Translations under genes and position numbers: made by a program
DNA from: Stenotrophomonas sp.
Lineage (GTDB): Bacteria; Pseudomonadota; Gammaproteobacteria; Xanthomonadales; Xanthomonadaceae
Assembly: GCF_035634915.1 (NCBI RefSeq)
Contig: NZ_DASQCB010000019.1
Span: 67,668-131,667 of the forward strand
DNA: 64,000 nt
Direction of reading: 5' to 3'
Part shown: positions 9,165 to 18,275 of the stretch, piece after piece
How positions within the stretch are numbered: the first letter of the stretch is position 1
Layout: the number at the start of each line of letters is the position of its first letter
The notes under the pieces: model-generated
The model's input: the letters and a program-made list of their open reading frames with translations, nothing else
Databases searched by the model: none
Told to the model about the DNA's origin: nothing

Positions 9165-11160
9165 TGTCGTGCGCCTGCATGTCCTCATGCAGGATGCGCC
9201 GCAGTTCGACGATGGCCGGCGTGGCTTCCTGCACGCTGTGCCCCGATACGATCACCTTTTCCGACACCGCGTTGGGCAGGTGCGAACTCCAGTACGGCAC
9301 CAGCCCGTCATCGGTCTTTTCCAGCGGGCCATCGGCGCTGGCGCGCGCGATGATCGAGTGATAGCGCACGCGCGGTGACATCGGCAGATCGGCCACCGCT
9401 TTCACGAACGGATCGTCCTTGTCCAGGTTCTGGATGCTGTTCATCTGGTAGCCCTGCTTGGCGTCCTTGGCGTCGAAGCTGCCACCATCATCCACGCCGG
9501 CCACATCCTCCAGCACGGTCAACGGCAGGCGCACCAGCCGGCCGATCCAGCGGCCGAGCCGGGTGCCGGCCACATCCGTGCCCCGGTGCGGGGTGGCGAT
9601 GAACACGACCCGCGAAATTTCCGGCTCGGGCTGGAAGGTCAGCAATGGCGCGCCGCGGGTACGCAGCAGTTCCCGCTGCCGGGGGCTCAGCTTGGCCGTC
9701 GACAGCAGCGTATCCACCAGGTGATCGCCGGACGAAGACACCAGCAGGCGCGAGATGACCCCGCCCATGCTGTGCGCGACCACCACCATGTCATGCGACG
9801 CCTGCGCCTTCCCGGTCGGATCGTAGTGCTGCATCACATCATCCAGCGTGTGCCGGATGGCATCGTGGCTGAGGGCGATGGGCATGTTGGTGGGGTAATA
9901 GAACTGCCAGACCTGGAACTCGCGGCGGATCTCGTCGTCGCGCATCAGCTCGTTGGCCACGTTCACCCAGGCTTCCGGGCTGCTGGCCAGGCCATGGATC
10001 ATCAGCAGCACCCGTCGGTTGGGATCGTACGGCTGCAGCATGAACAGGTGCGGCCGATCAATGCCGCCCTTGCTGCCGAACAGGCTGCGCAGCGACTGCC
10101 GGCTGAAATTGGCGCGCGCCAGCCACAACGCGTAGCCGGCGGTGAAGTTGGCGGCCAAGGGCACCTTCTGCCCATGCAGTTCAACGGCCGCGATCTGGTA
10201 GGGATCATGGATCTCGATCGTGGGCGTTTCATCGTGCAGGACTTCCCACAGGTTGGCGCCGGAGAACCGCAGCAGCACGGTTATCGACGGCGAAGGCATG
10301 CCGCTCCAGCGTTGAGCCGAAGGCGCATCATCAGTCGCCGCTTTACCGTTCCCGTGTGCCACCGCCAAGCCGTCGCTGGCCGGGTCCGCCATGACCGCCA
10401 CCAGCTCGGCGCCAAAGCCATCGCGCCGCTGCACCCGGCGCAGGGTGCCGGTGAAGGACAGCGAGGCGGCTGGCACCAGTTCGATGGGCTGGCGGGTGTC
10501 CTGCACCACGCCGGTGTCTGCCGGCGCCAGCACGAAGGTCCAGCGGCCCAGCTGCAGGCGGCCATCCTCATTGCGCACCTGCTGGCTGGAATAGGCGTCG
10601 AACAGCATCACCGCCGCTTCCTGCGCGGCCAGGTTGTAGTAGTCGCGCACCTGGGTCTGGCGATCCTCGAAGCCGCGCTGGTTGGCGGTGCGTTCGGTGA
10701 AGAACAGATACGCATAGGACTGGCGCGCCACCTGCATCCACGCATCCAGCCGCGGCTGGAAGCCGGCATCGGCCACGATCATGGCCGGCGTGGTGCCGCG
10801 CTTGGCCTTGGGCGCGGGCATCGCCATCGCCTGCTGCAGCCACAGTTCTGCCAGGGTCGAGCGCTTGTCCTCCTCGCGCACCACGATGCTTGCTTCCATC
10901 GCCTCGATGCAGGGCAGGCCAGGCTTCGCGCAGGTGGTCTCGTCCAGGCCGGCCACCCGCAGTGTCTCCATCGTGGCCGCGCTCAGCCTGCCACTGGTGA
11001 GGATGTCGCCGCGCTTGAGCGCGATGTACTGGCCCGGGGTGACCGAGGCCACCTGCACCGAGGGGCCGAACTGGCGCAGCGTGGCGCAGCCGCTCAGCAG
11101 GAGCAGCGCGGTGATGATGAGGGTCGTGTGGCGGATGACGCCGATGCCCGTGGTTGCCAT
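9151..11160 (-). CDS. large lipoprotein with C-terminal alpha/beta-hydrolase (lipase/esterase-like) domain
   Basis: 669 aa with lipobox LLLSGC, the segment HGLASSPEAW and the nucleophile elbow AHSMGG. The N-terminal ~350 aa match no family I recognise. Confidence 0.7.
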   Translation of the reverse strand: MATTGIGVIRHTTLIITALLLLSGCATLRQFGPSVQVASVTPGQYIALKRGDILTSGRLSAATMETLRVAGLDETTCAKPGLPCIEAMEASIVVREEDKRSTLAELWLQQAMAMPAPKAKRGTTPAMIVADAGFQPRLDAWMQVARQSYAYLFFTERTANQRGFEDRQTQVRDYYNLAAQEAAVMLFDAYSSQQVRNEDGRLQLGRWTFVLAPADTGVVQDTRQPIELVPAASLSFTGTLRRVQRRDGFGAELVAVMADPASDGLAVAHGNGKAATDDAPSAQRWSGMPSPSITVLLRFSGANLWEVLHDETPTIEIHDPYQIAAVELHGQKVPLAANFTAGYALWLARANFSRQSLRSLFGSKGGIDRPHLFMLQPYDPNRRVLLMIHGLASSPEAWVNVANELMRDDEIRREFQVWQFYYPTNMPIALSHDAIRHTLDDVMQHYDPTGKAQASHDMVVVAHSMGGVISRLLVSSSGDHLVDTLLSTAKLSPRQRELLRTRGAPLLTFQPEPEISRVVFIATPHRGTDVAGTRLGRWIGRLVRLPLTVLEDVAGVDDGGSFDAKDAKQGYQMNSIQNLDKDDPFVKAVADLPMSPRVRYHSIIARASADGPLEKTDDGLVPYWSSHLPNAVSEKVIVSGHSVQEATPAIVELRRILHEDMQAHDSGQE

Positions 11161-11281
11161 GCGATCCTCCAGCGCGGTCGCGCCACTCTAGCGGCCGGGG
11201 TGTCAACGCGGAAGCACAGGGTTGAACGCGCGCTGCACGGACTGTGACACCATCGCCGGCAGTGCTTTTCAGGGACCGACG

Positions 11282-11737
11282 ATGCACCTGCTGGAAACGC
11301 GGATTCCGCCGCCGCTGCTGATGCTGCTGTCTGGGGTACTGGGGTATCTGATGGGCCGGGCGTGGCCGTGGCCTGCGCTGGCCGTGCCGGCCTGGGTCGC
11401 AGCACTCGTGGTGCTGGCAGGGCTGGCCCTGAACCTGCTGCCCAAGCTGGCCTTCCGCCGCGCACGGACCTCGGTCAACCCGCTGCGCCCGGCGGCGGCC
11501 ACCGCGCTGGTCACCGGCGGCATCTACCGCTACAGCCGCAACCCGATGTACCTGGGGCAGGCGCTGGTGCTGCTGGGGGCCATGCTGTGGCTGGGCAGTG
11601 CGGCGGCACTGCTGGTGGTGCCGCTGTTCGTCGGCTGGATCACCCGTTTCCAGATCGTGCCCGAAGAGCGGGTGCTGTCCGCCCGGTTTGGCGCCGACCA
11701 TGCTGCCTTCCGGCGCGAGGTGCGGCGCTGGCTGTAG
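11282..11737 (+). CDS. isoprenylcysteine carboxyl methyltransferase (ICMT/PEMT-like) family membrane protein
   Basis: Multi-TM protein with motif YRYSRNPMYLG. Start moved to Met21 of ORF 11222..11737. Confidence 0.7.
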   Translation: MHLLETRIPPPLLMLLSGVLGYLMGRAWPWPALAVPAWVAALVVLAGLALNLLPKLAFRRARTSVNPLRPAAATALVTGGIYRYSRNPMYLGQALVLLGAMLWLGSAAALLVVPLFVGWITRFQIVPEERVLSARFGADHAAFRREVRRWL

Positions 11738-11814
11738 GGCAGGGAGGCGTCCTGGACGGGCAGCCGGGGTCCTGGCCAGGCCCGCAGGTAATTGCGCGGG
11801 GCAATAGCCGGAAC

Positions 11815-12189
11815 TCAGACCATGCGCACACCGGCGGCGTCGGTGTCGACGGTGATGACCTCGATCAGCGCCCACAGTGCGGTGATGAACAGGCCGATCA
11901 GCAGCCAGCCCAGCAACAGCGTGATCAACAGCTGTGCAACGGCACGGCCGTGGTAGCCGGCGTAGAAGTTGTGGATGCCCAGCCCACCCAGGAACAGGCC
12001 CAGCAGGACGTAGGCGACACGGGCGCGGGCGACCGGTTGCGGCTGCGCGTAGGGGGCCGCGTACACCGGTGCCACATGCAGCGGCGGCGGGGTCGGACGG
12101 CTGGCGCCGACAGGGGCGCCGCAGCCGACACAGCTGGCCGCCTTGTCACTGACTTCGCGACCACATTCCAAGCAACTGATCAACGCCAT
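11815..12189 (-). CDS. zinc-ribbon plus TM2 domain membrane protein
   Basis: N-terminal CxxC...CxxC (CLECG...CVGCG), a Pro-rich linker and TM2-type motif GLGIHNFYAGY. Confidence 0.7.
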   Translation of the reverse strand: MALISCLECGREVSDKAASCVGCGAPVGASRPTPPPLHVAPVYAAPYAQPQPVARARVAYVLLGLFLGGLGIHNFYAGYHGRAVAQLLITLLLGWLLIGLFITALWALIEVITVDTDAAGVRMV

Positions 12190-12280
12190 CGTTCTGTTCC
12201 CTGTGCTGGGCGGGGTGTCCGCCGGTCCAAAGGGACATTATCGGTTGTACTGAGGGGAATGCGGCCATCACGCGGGCAAC

Positions 12281-12320
12281 AAAAAAGCCGGACCCCAATC
12301 GACGGGAGTGTCCGGCTTTT
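12281..12320 (-). terminator. rho-independent terminator of ssrA
   Basis: AGCCGGAC...GTCCGGCT hairpin. The A-run on the plus strand is a T-run on the minus strand, immediately 3' of the tmRNA CCA end. Confidence 0.7.
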
Positions 12321-12343
12321 CGTGCCCCGAAGGGCGGTACAGA

Positions 12344-12736
12344 TGGTGGAGGTGGGCGGAATTGAACCGCCGTCCGAAGGCACTCCATCCCCAGCACTAC
12401 ATGCTTAGCTCACCGTTGGATCTCGCCCCCGAGCAGCACGGTGTGCAAAGCGCACCCGGGGACCAGCCTGTTGTGTTCTAGTGCCGGACTGACAGGCAGC
12501 CGCCCAGCGCGATTCCATGATAATGACTCTACGCTGCGAGCATGGACACAAGCAGTTTCGAGGCTCCGCCTAAGTCGGCAGAAGGTCACGCACCGCAGTT
12601 TTTAGGCTGCGAGAGCGACCGGAGCGTAGTTGTCGTCGTTGGCAACTAGAGTTTTGCAGCTGGATTTACGAGGACAGCTACCCCCTCGGCATGCGCCAAG
12701 CGACTTCACAACCCCCGTCGAAACCAATGCACCCCC
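12344..12736 (-). ncRNA. ssrA: tmRNA (transfer-messenger RNA)
   Basis: On the minus strand the 5' end reads GGGGGTGCATTGGTTTCGACGGGGGTTGTGAAG. The 3' end reads GGCGGTTCAATTCCGCCCACCTCCACCA (T-arm plus acceptor CCA). An internal tag ORF encodes ANDDNYAPVALAA-stop at 12602..12643. Confidence 0.93.
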
Positions 12737-12929
12737 GGTTTCTTCAAGTCCTGCGAGGCTTTCAGGTGTCTGGTTGCCCAGAGACCCGCCCAACGAGCGC
12801 AATGGTACGGCAATCTTCCTGAACAGTCACGTCCGGCCCGGTGCGGGTCTGGCCGCATCTGTGCCGATGGACACGTTGTGGCGCCCGTGCGCGCCGTGCT
12901 CGAATCGAGCCCTTCAGCCTTCGGGGAGC

Positions 12930-14006
12930 ATGCGGATGTCACTCAGGTCGCGGGCAGTACGGGGCGCGTGGATCGTCGTTCTGCTGATGCTGCCCCCGTG
13001 GGCGTACGCCGAGCCAGCCAGCCATGCGCCACAGCCCGCTCCCCTGGTGACGGTGGGCTATGACGAGACCTTTGATCTGTTCAATCTGCTGGACAACCTG
13101 GCCGATTGGCTGCCGGGCTATACCAGCGCGATCTACCAGCAGGATTGGGAACGCCGCTTTGGGCTGGATGCGCAGGATCGTGCGGCACTTGAGGCCTACG
13201 CCCGGTTCCGCCAGCGTACCTCGCCCATGGCCCGTGGTGACGACGCGGCGCGGCCCGTGGTGGATCGCCTGTTTGCTGGCAGCGACACCCGCGTCGGCGA
13301 TCCCTATACCCGCCATTTCCAGGATGCCGCGTCATTCCACGCTGCCGCCAAGGCTGCAATTGCTGCCCAGGCACCTGCCGACCGCGAGCTGTTGCGGCGC
13401 TATTACGCGCGCTTCGAACCCCGTGCCCGCGAACTGCTGGCAGGGGCTGGACGCTTCACCCGGCAGCAGGACGCCTTGACCCGGGAGCTGGCGGCGCCGG
13501 AGGCCGCCGCGTTCGTTGCGCGCATGCGCACGTTCTATGGCACCGAAGCTGTGCCGGTCTTCCAGGTGCGTTTTGTGTGGTGGCCATACACCAACCGCAC
13601 CCAGGCCAAACTGCGCGGCGGTGCCATCGTGCTGTTCTCGCCGCTGGGCGTGGATGACGACTGGGGGCCGATCGTGCTGCACGAGTACGCGCATTTCCTT
13701 TCCGCAGGCCAGTCTGCGGCCAACCGGGAGACGCTGGCGGCGGCGTTCGCGCGGTTGTGCCCGGCCGCCCTGGCGCTGCCCAATCCGTTGAACGCGCTGG
13801 AAGAGCCATTGGCCATCTACTGGGCGCAGTACCGCTTTGAGCAGGAGGTGCGGGGTCAGCCACTGCCCACTACGACCTCGTGGTATGTGCAGCCGCATGC
13901 CGACCGCGCGGCGAAGGCCATCGCGGCCGCGTTTCCAGCCGATCGTCCTGCGCCGGCGCTGGCTGCAGGCCCGCTGTTGCAGGCCGCCGCGTCGGTCTGC
14001 GAGTGA
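12930..14006 (+). CDS. hypothetical secreted protein with HExxH motif (possible metallopeptidase)
   Basis: Start set at MRMSLRSRAVRGAWIVVLLMLPPWAYA (signal peptide), because the 5' part of ORF 12630..14006 overlaps ssrA. Contains the HEYAH motif. No family recognised. Confidence 0.55.
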   Translation: MRMSLRSRAVRGAWIVVLLMLPPWAYAEPASHAPQPAPLVTVGYDETFDLFNLLDNLADWLPGYTSAIYQQDWERRFGLDAQDRAALEAYARFRQRTSPMARGDDAARPVVDRLFAGSDTRVGDPYTRHFQDAASFHAAAKAAIAAQAPADRELLRRYYARFEPRARELLAGAGRFTRQQDALTRELAAPEAAAFVARMRTFYGTEAVPVFQVRFVWWPYTNRTQAKLRGGAIVLFSPLGVDDDWGPIVLHEYAHFLSAGQSAANRETLAAAFARLCPAALALPNPLNALEEPLAIYWAQYRFEQEVRGQPLPTTTSWYVQPHADRAAKAIAAAFPADRPAPALAAGPLLQAAASVCE

Positions 14007-14117
14007 GATCGGGCGATTGCCGCACGGCCGTCATAGCGGATTGCTAACTTCGTTGGGACGGTTTTGCGACACACTGGCAACCACCATCCGAGCCAGGACC
14101 GACACGGAGACCCAGCG

Positions 14118-14690
14118 GTGAGCGACGCCACACCACAACGCAGCCTGCGACAACTGGTCGGGCCGGTCGGTGCCGACTACCGTCGGCGCGCGTTGCCGCC
14201 GGGCTGGGTATGGGCTGTACTGGCAGCCATCCTCACCGCGGCCTGCCTGACCGCGCTGCCGGCGACGGCGGCGGTGTTCCTGGTGGCCAGTGCCGTGGTG
14301 GTGTATTGGCCGCGGCGCGATCAGGCCCTGGTGCCGGGCTGGCGCATGTTGGCGCTGGCCGTGCTGGCGGTGATGGTCTGGGGCCCGGACGTCATCGCGC
14401 TGTGGTTCGAGCACGGTGCGGCCGTGGCCCTGCTGACGCTGGCGTCGCTGAGCATCCTGACCCATGTCCGCCGCAGTTGGGCGCTGTCGCAGCAGCTGCA
14501 GCACCAGGCGGATGCGCTGGATGACCAGCAGTTGCTGGCCCTGTTGCCTGACGATGCGGCCCAGCTGGCAAAGCAGTGGCGTGCGGGCGATGACCGGCAT
14601 GCGCCGGAGCTGGCGGTGGTGATGCACCTGGCGGTGATGCACGCCGCACTGGCGCCGCGGATGCGCGGGCAGGGCGTGCTGGCGGGCTGA
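14118..14690 (+). CDS. hypothetical membrane protein (about 4 TM)
   Basis: ORF 14064..14690. A GTG at 14118 follows GGAGA. Hydrophobic segments are present but no family is recognised. Confidence 0.4.
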   Translation: MSDATPQRSLRQLVGPVGADYRRRALPPGWVWAVLAAILTAACLTALPATAAVFLVASAVVVYWPRRDQALVPGWRMLALAVLAVMVWGPDVIALWFEHGAAVALLTLASLSILTHVRRSWALSQQLQHQADALDDQQLLALLPDDAAQLAKQWRAGDDRHAPELAVVMHLAVMHAALAPRMRGQGVLAG

Positions 14691-14702
14691 TCGCCCGCCT
14701 TT

Positions 14703-14733
14703 CTGTAGGCCGAGCATCGGCTCGGCTCTACAG
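14703..14733. repeat. SMAG-type GTAG palindrome (REP)
   Basis: CTGTAGGCCGAGCATCGGCTCGGCTCTACAG. Confidence 0.7.
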
Positions 14734-14740
14734 ACGGCGG

Positions 14741-15244
14741 TTACGCGTCGCGGTTTCCGCGACGCATCACGCGCTGCTTCTCGATCGCCCAGTCGCGGTC
14801 CTTGGCGGCATCGCGCTTGTCGTGGGTCTGCTTGCCCTTGGCCAGCGCCACTTCCAGCTTGATCTTGTTCTTGCTCCAGTACATGGCCGTGGGCACGATG
14901 GTGTAGCCATCACGCTCGACCTTGCCCACCAGCTTGTCGATCTCGTTCCGGTGCAGCAGCAGCTTGCGCTCGCGCCGGTCGTTGGCCACCACGTGGGTGG
15001 AGGCCTGGATCAGCGGGGTGATCTGTGCGCCGATCAGGAAGATCTCGCCCTGCTTCACATAGGCATAGGCGTCGATGATGTTGCCGCGCCCGGCGCGGAT
15101 CGACTTCACTTCCCAGCCCTGCAGGGCCAGGCCTGCCTCGAAGCGCTCCTCGATGTGGTACTCGTGGCGGGCACGCTTGTTCAACGCGATGGTCTTGTTG
15201 GCCGTCGCGTTCTTTGCTTTATCCTTGCCGCTGTTCTTGCTCAT
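14741..15244 (-). CDS. smpB: SsrA-binding protein
   Basis: 167 aa, [50 protein letters not shown]..., a typical SmpB. These are the last 167 codons of ORF 14741..15580. Confidence 0.93.
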   Translation of the reverse strand: MSKNSGKDKAKNATANKTIALNKRARHEYHIEERFEAGLALQGWEVKSIRAGRGNIIDAYAYVKQGEIFLIGAQITPLIQASTHVVANDRRERKLLLHRNEIDKLVGKVERDGYTIVPTAMYWSKNKIKLEVALAKGKQTHDKRDAAKDRDWAIEKQRVMRRGNRDA

Positions 15245-15301
15245 TTCCGTATTGTCTCCGATTCGGGCCCGCCCGGTCGATGGCCGAAACGCACCGCCTT
15301 T

Positions 15302-15727
15302 ATGCCTACTATCCGCCGCAGCGCCCTGGTCGAACATTCGGCCGCGCGCATGTTCGACCTGGTCAATGACGTCCAGGCCTACCCGCGCCGCTTCCGCTGG
15401 TGCTCGGATGCCCGCGTCCTGGAACAGGGCGAGGACCGCCTGGTCGCCCGCCTGGATCTGGGCCTGGGTTCGTTCAGTACCTGGTTCCAGACCGAAAACA
15501 CCCTGCAGCGCCCGCACAGCATCGATATGCAGCTGCGCGACGGCCCGTTCAAGCAGCTGCATGGCCGCTGGGAATTCCATGCGCTGGCCGAGGACGCCTG
15601 CAAGGTCACCCTGACCCTGGAGTTCGAACCGAAATCCCGCCTGCTCGCGCCGGCGCTGGCGATCGGTTTCCAGGGGCTGGCCGACCGCATGGTCAACGAT
15701 TTCGTCCGCGTGGCCGACGAGGGCTGA
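15302..15727 (+). CDS. ratA: SRPBCC/RatA family protein (ribosome-association toxin RatA-like)
   Basis: 141 aa, [31 protein letters not shown]... It sits in the conserved smpB-ratA-rnfH context. Confidence 0.85.
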   Translation: MPTIRRSALVEHSAARMFDLVNDVQAYPRRFRWCSDARVLEQGEDRLVARLDLGLGSFSTWFQTENTLQRPHSIDMQLRDGPFKQLHGRWEFHALAEDACKVTLTLEFEPKSRLLAPALAIGFQGLADRMVNDFVRVADEG

Positions 15728-15730
15728 GCG

Positions 15731-15988
15731 ATGATCGAGGTCGAAGTGGTGCTGGCCTGGCCGCAGCAGGTGCTGTCACGCCGGTTGCAGCTGCCGGAAG
15801 GTGCCACCGTGGCCGAGGCCATTGCCGCCGCCGACCTCGAGGGCAGCGCCGACTGCCCGGCTGCCGCCGTGCATGGCGTGCTGGCCCGCCCGCAGCAGGC
15901 GCTGCTGGAGGGTGATCGGGTGGAGCTGCTGCGGCCGCTGCAGGCCGATCCCAAGGAAAACCGCCGGCGTCGCGCGCGCGGCGATTGA
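15731..15988 (+). CDS. rnfH: RnfH family ubiquitin-like protein
   Basis: 85 aa, immediately downstream of ratA as in other gamma-proteobacteria. Confidence 0.8.
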   Translation: MIEVEVVLAWPQQVLSRRLQLPEGATVAEAIAAADLEGSADCPAAAVHGVLARPQQALLEGDRVELLRPLQADPKENRRRRARGD

Positions 15989-16024
15989 CTCGGGTTGCCC
16001 GCCCCGAGGGGCGGGCAGGAAGGC

Positions 16025-16414
16025 TCAGCGGCCCTTCTTCTTGTCCTTGGCCAGGTTGCGGCCGAACTGGCGCACCGTCTGCTGGGCCAGGGCCTTGTCG
16101 TTGGCCGGGAAGTAGTCGCCTTCCCAACGTGTGACCGCGTCGTTCTCGAAGTACACGGTGAAGTTCTTCACTTCGGTACGGCCGAGGCGGTCCACGCGCT
16201 GGCTGGCGGTGTAGTCCCAGCGCTGGGCGTGGAACGGGTCCGGCACGGACGGGGTGCCCAGCAGCGCATTCACCTGCTGCTTGCTCTGCCCGACCTGCAG
16301 CTTGGACACGGCATCTTCCCGGATCAGGTTGCCCTGATAGATGGGTTGCTTGTAGATGATGCCGCACCCGGTGGTGGACAGGGCGACGGCGGCGACCAAC
16401 AGAAGATTGCGCAT
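16025..16414 (-). CDS. bamE: outer membrane protein assembly factor BamE (SmpA/OmlA)
   Basis: Lipobox LSTTGC followed by IYKQPIYQGN...LGTP. Lies divergent from fur, the usual arrangement. Confidence 0.85.
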   Translation of the reverse strand: MRNLLLVAAVALSTTGCGIIYKQPIYQGNLIREDAVSKLQVGQSKQQVNALLGTPSVPDPFHAQRWDYTASQRVDRLGRTEVKNFTVYFENDAVTRWEGDYFPANDKALAQQTVRQFGRNLAKDKKKGR

Positions 16415-16517
16415 CGGTACTGGCGGTTGGGGAAATCAAACCGATGATACACTCCCGGCGTGCCACCGCGACCCAATCCGAGGCAGCTGGCGCTAAATCG
16501 CCAATGAACGGAGACCT

Positions 16518-16925
16518 ATGGAAACCCACGACCTGCGTAAAGTCGGCCTGAAGGTGACCCATCCGCGGATGCGGATCCTGGCGCTGCTCGAGCAGCGCAA
16601 TGCCCAGCACCATATGACCGCCGAAGACATCTACCGCCAGCTGCTGGAGCACGGCGATGAAATCGGCCTGGCCACGGTGTACCGGGTGCTGACCCAGTTC
16701 GAGGCCGCCGGCCTGGTGCTGAAGCACAACTTCGAAGGCGGCCAGGCCGTCTATGAGCTGGACCGCGGCGGCCACCACGACCACATGGTCGATGTGGACA
16801 GCGGCAAGATCATCGAGTTCGAAAGCCACGAGATCGAGGAACTGCAGCGCAAGATCGCCGCAGACCACGGCTACGAGCTGGAAGAGCACTCGCTGGTGCT
16901 GTACGTGCGCAAGAAGCGCAGGTAA
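16518..16925 (+). CDS. fur: ferric uptake regulator
   Basis: 135 aa, LKVTHPRMRILALLE...ATVYRVLTQFEAAGLV...HHDHMVD, a typical Fur. Confidence 0.93.
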   Translation: METHDLRKVGLKVTHPRMRILALLEQRNAQHHMTAEDIYRQLLEHGDEIGLATVYRVLTQFEAAGLVLKHNFEGGQAVYELDRGGHHDHMVDVDSGKIIEFESHEIEELQRKIAADHGYELEEHSLVLYVRKKRR

Positions 16926-16954
16926 GGCGCTGCAGCCAGAGGCTGATGTGTGAA

Positions 16955-16982
16955 GACCCCGGGCCTGTCCCGGGGTTTTTCG
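16955..16982. terminator. terminator after fur (between convergent genes)
   Basis: CCCCGGG-CCTGT-CCCGGGG followed by TTTTT. Confidence 0.6.
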
Positions 16983-16986
16983 TTGG

Positions 16987-18234
16987 TCACAGTAGATCCA
17001 CGCCATGCGTGGATGGGCCCAGCAGCACCTCCAGATCCACCGCCTCGGCCATCGCCCGGTTGCCCGCATCCCCCGGGTGCAGGTGGTCACCGGAATCGAA
17101 GGCGGCGGCCATCCGCGTAGGCTCGGCCGGATCGCGCAGGGCCGCATCGAGGTCGATCACGGCATCAAACGGGCTCTCGCTGCGCAGCCATTCATTCAGC
17201 TGCCGGCGCAGCGCGTCCTTGTCCTCTGCGTAATAGTCGTCAAGCGGTGTGCCGGGCAGGGCGCCGGCGAACGGCGGCAGGGTCGCGCCGAGGATGCGCA
17301 GGCCGTGGCGGTGGGCCTGCTGGGCCAGCGCCCGGTAGCCGGCCTGCAGCTGGCCCAGCGTCGGGCGGGCCTCGTCGCGGGCGAAGGCGGTGCCCGGCCA
17401 GCTGATGTCGTTGATGCCGATCAACACGATCACACTGGCCGCGCCGGGCTGGTCGATCACGTCGCGTTGGAAGCGGGCGAGGGCGGCTGCGCCCATGCCA
17501 TCGCGCAGCAGGCGGCCGCCGGAAATGCCGGCATTGACCACGGCCACGCCACGCGGGGCCAGACGGGCGGCCAGATGGTCGGTCCAGCGCTGGTCCTGGT
17601 CCAGGCTGGCGGTGGCGCCATCGGTGATCGAATCGCCGATGACCACCACGCTGCGCGCGCTGGGCGGTGCCTCGACATCAATGCCCGCCAGCAGCACGCG
17701 GGCGGTGGTCGGGTGGGCGTCGCCCAGGGCCGTCGCGTCGCTCTGGTTGCCCAAGGCGATCCAACTGGTCTGGCGGCCTTCCCAGTGGAAGGTCTGCATC
17801 AGGGTCGGTCCGGCCAGGTAGGTACTGACCTGCACCTGCTGCAGGTTGCGGGTAGGCAGTGCGAGCGGGTCGCTCAGGCGCTGCTCGCCCGGCGCGATGC
17901 GCACGCCCGGCTGGCCATTGAAGCGCAGCGCCACCGGCGCCGACCCGGGCTGCACGGTCACGCTGGCAGCACCGATCTGCAGGGGCTGCGTACCGTAGGC
18001 ATTGCTCAGCCGCACTCGCAGGCGTGGTCCGCCCAGGCTGAGGCGCGCGGTCTGGCGGAAGGTCTGGTTCTGCAGCTGCGCCGGCACCAGGGCCGGGAAC
18101 AGGAAGTCGGCCCCCCACACGGGTTGTGGGCTGGCCTGCCAGCTGGCGACCCAGTGGTTCGGCGGGGCGGCATCGGCGGTGGTCGAGGTGGCGATACTGA
18201 CAAGTGCGGAGGCGATCAAGCTGAGGCGTGTCAT
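16987..18234 (-). CDS. secreted SGNH/GDSL hydrolase family protein
   Basis: Signal peptide MTRLSLIASALVSIATSTTADA and GDS block VVVIGDSITDG. Has a C-terminal DxxH-like region. Start moved to Met7. Confidence 0.7.
   Translation of the reverse strand: MTRLSLIASALVSIATSTTADAAPPNHWVASWQASPQPVWGADFLFPALVPAQLQNQTFRQTARLSLGGPRLRVRLSNAYGTQPLQIGAASVTVQPGSAPVALRFNGQPGVRIAPGEQRLSDPLALPTRNLQQVQVSTYLAGPTLMQTFHWEGRQTSWIALGNQSDATALGDAHPTTARVLLAGIDVEAPPSARSVVVIGDSITDGATASLDQDQRWTDHLAARLAPRGVAVVNAGISGGRLLRDGMGAAALARFQRDVIDQPGAASVIVLIGINDISWPGTAFARDEARPTLGQLQAGYRALAQQAHRHGLRILGATLPPFAGALPGTPLDDYYAEDKDALRRQLNEWLRSESPFDAVIDLDAALRDPAEPTRMAAAFDSGDHLHPGDAGNRAMAEAVDLEVLLGPSTHGVDLL
16992..17014. repeat. SMAG palindrome overlapping the 3' end of the SGNH hydrolase ORF
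   Basis: GTAGATCCACGCCATGCGTGGAT. The same unit occurs intergenically at about 29096, 58080 and 58168. Confidence 0.7.
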
Positions 18235-18275
18235 CGGGCATTCCCGGAACAAGGGACTGCCATGGTGATTTCCAC

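Noticed and set aside
5000-12343. A genomic island integrated at the 3' end of ssrA.
   Set aside because: There is no integrase, no phage or IS genes, no direct repeat of the tmRNA 3' end, and no obvious compositional shift. The genes look like ordinary chromosomal ones.
12630-12929. The 5' extension of ORF 12630..14006, and the 66-aa ORF 12602..12802.
   Set aside because: Both overlap the tmRNA gene. The 12602..12802 ORF merely contains the tmRNA tag reading frame (…ANDDNYAPVALAA).
15302-15988. ratA-rnfH as an accessory toxin-antitoxin module.
   Set aside because: The smpB-ratA-rnfH-bamE-fur context is conserved housekeeping synteny in gamma-proteobacteria, and no cognate antitoxin gene or mobile context is present.
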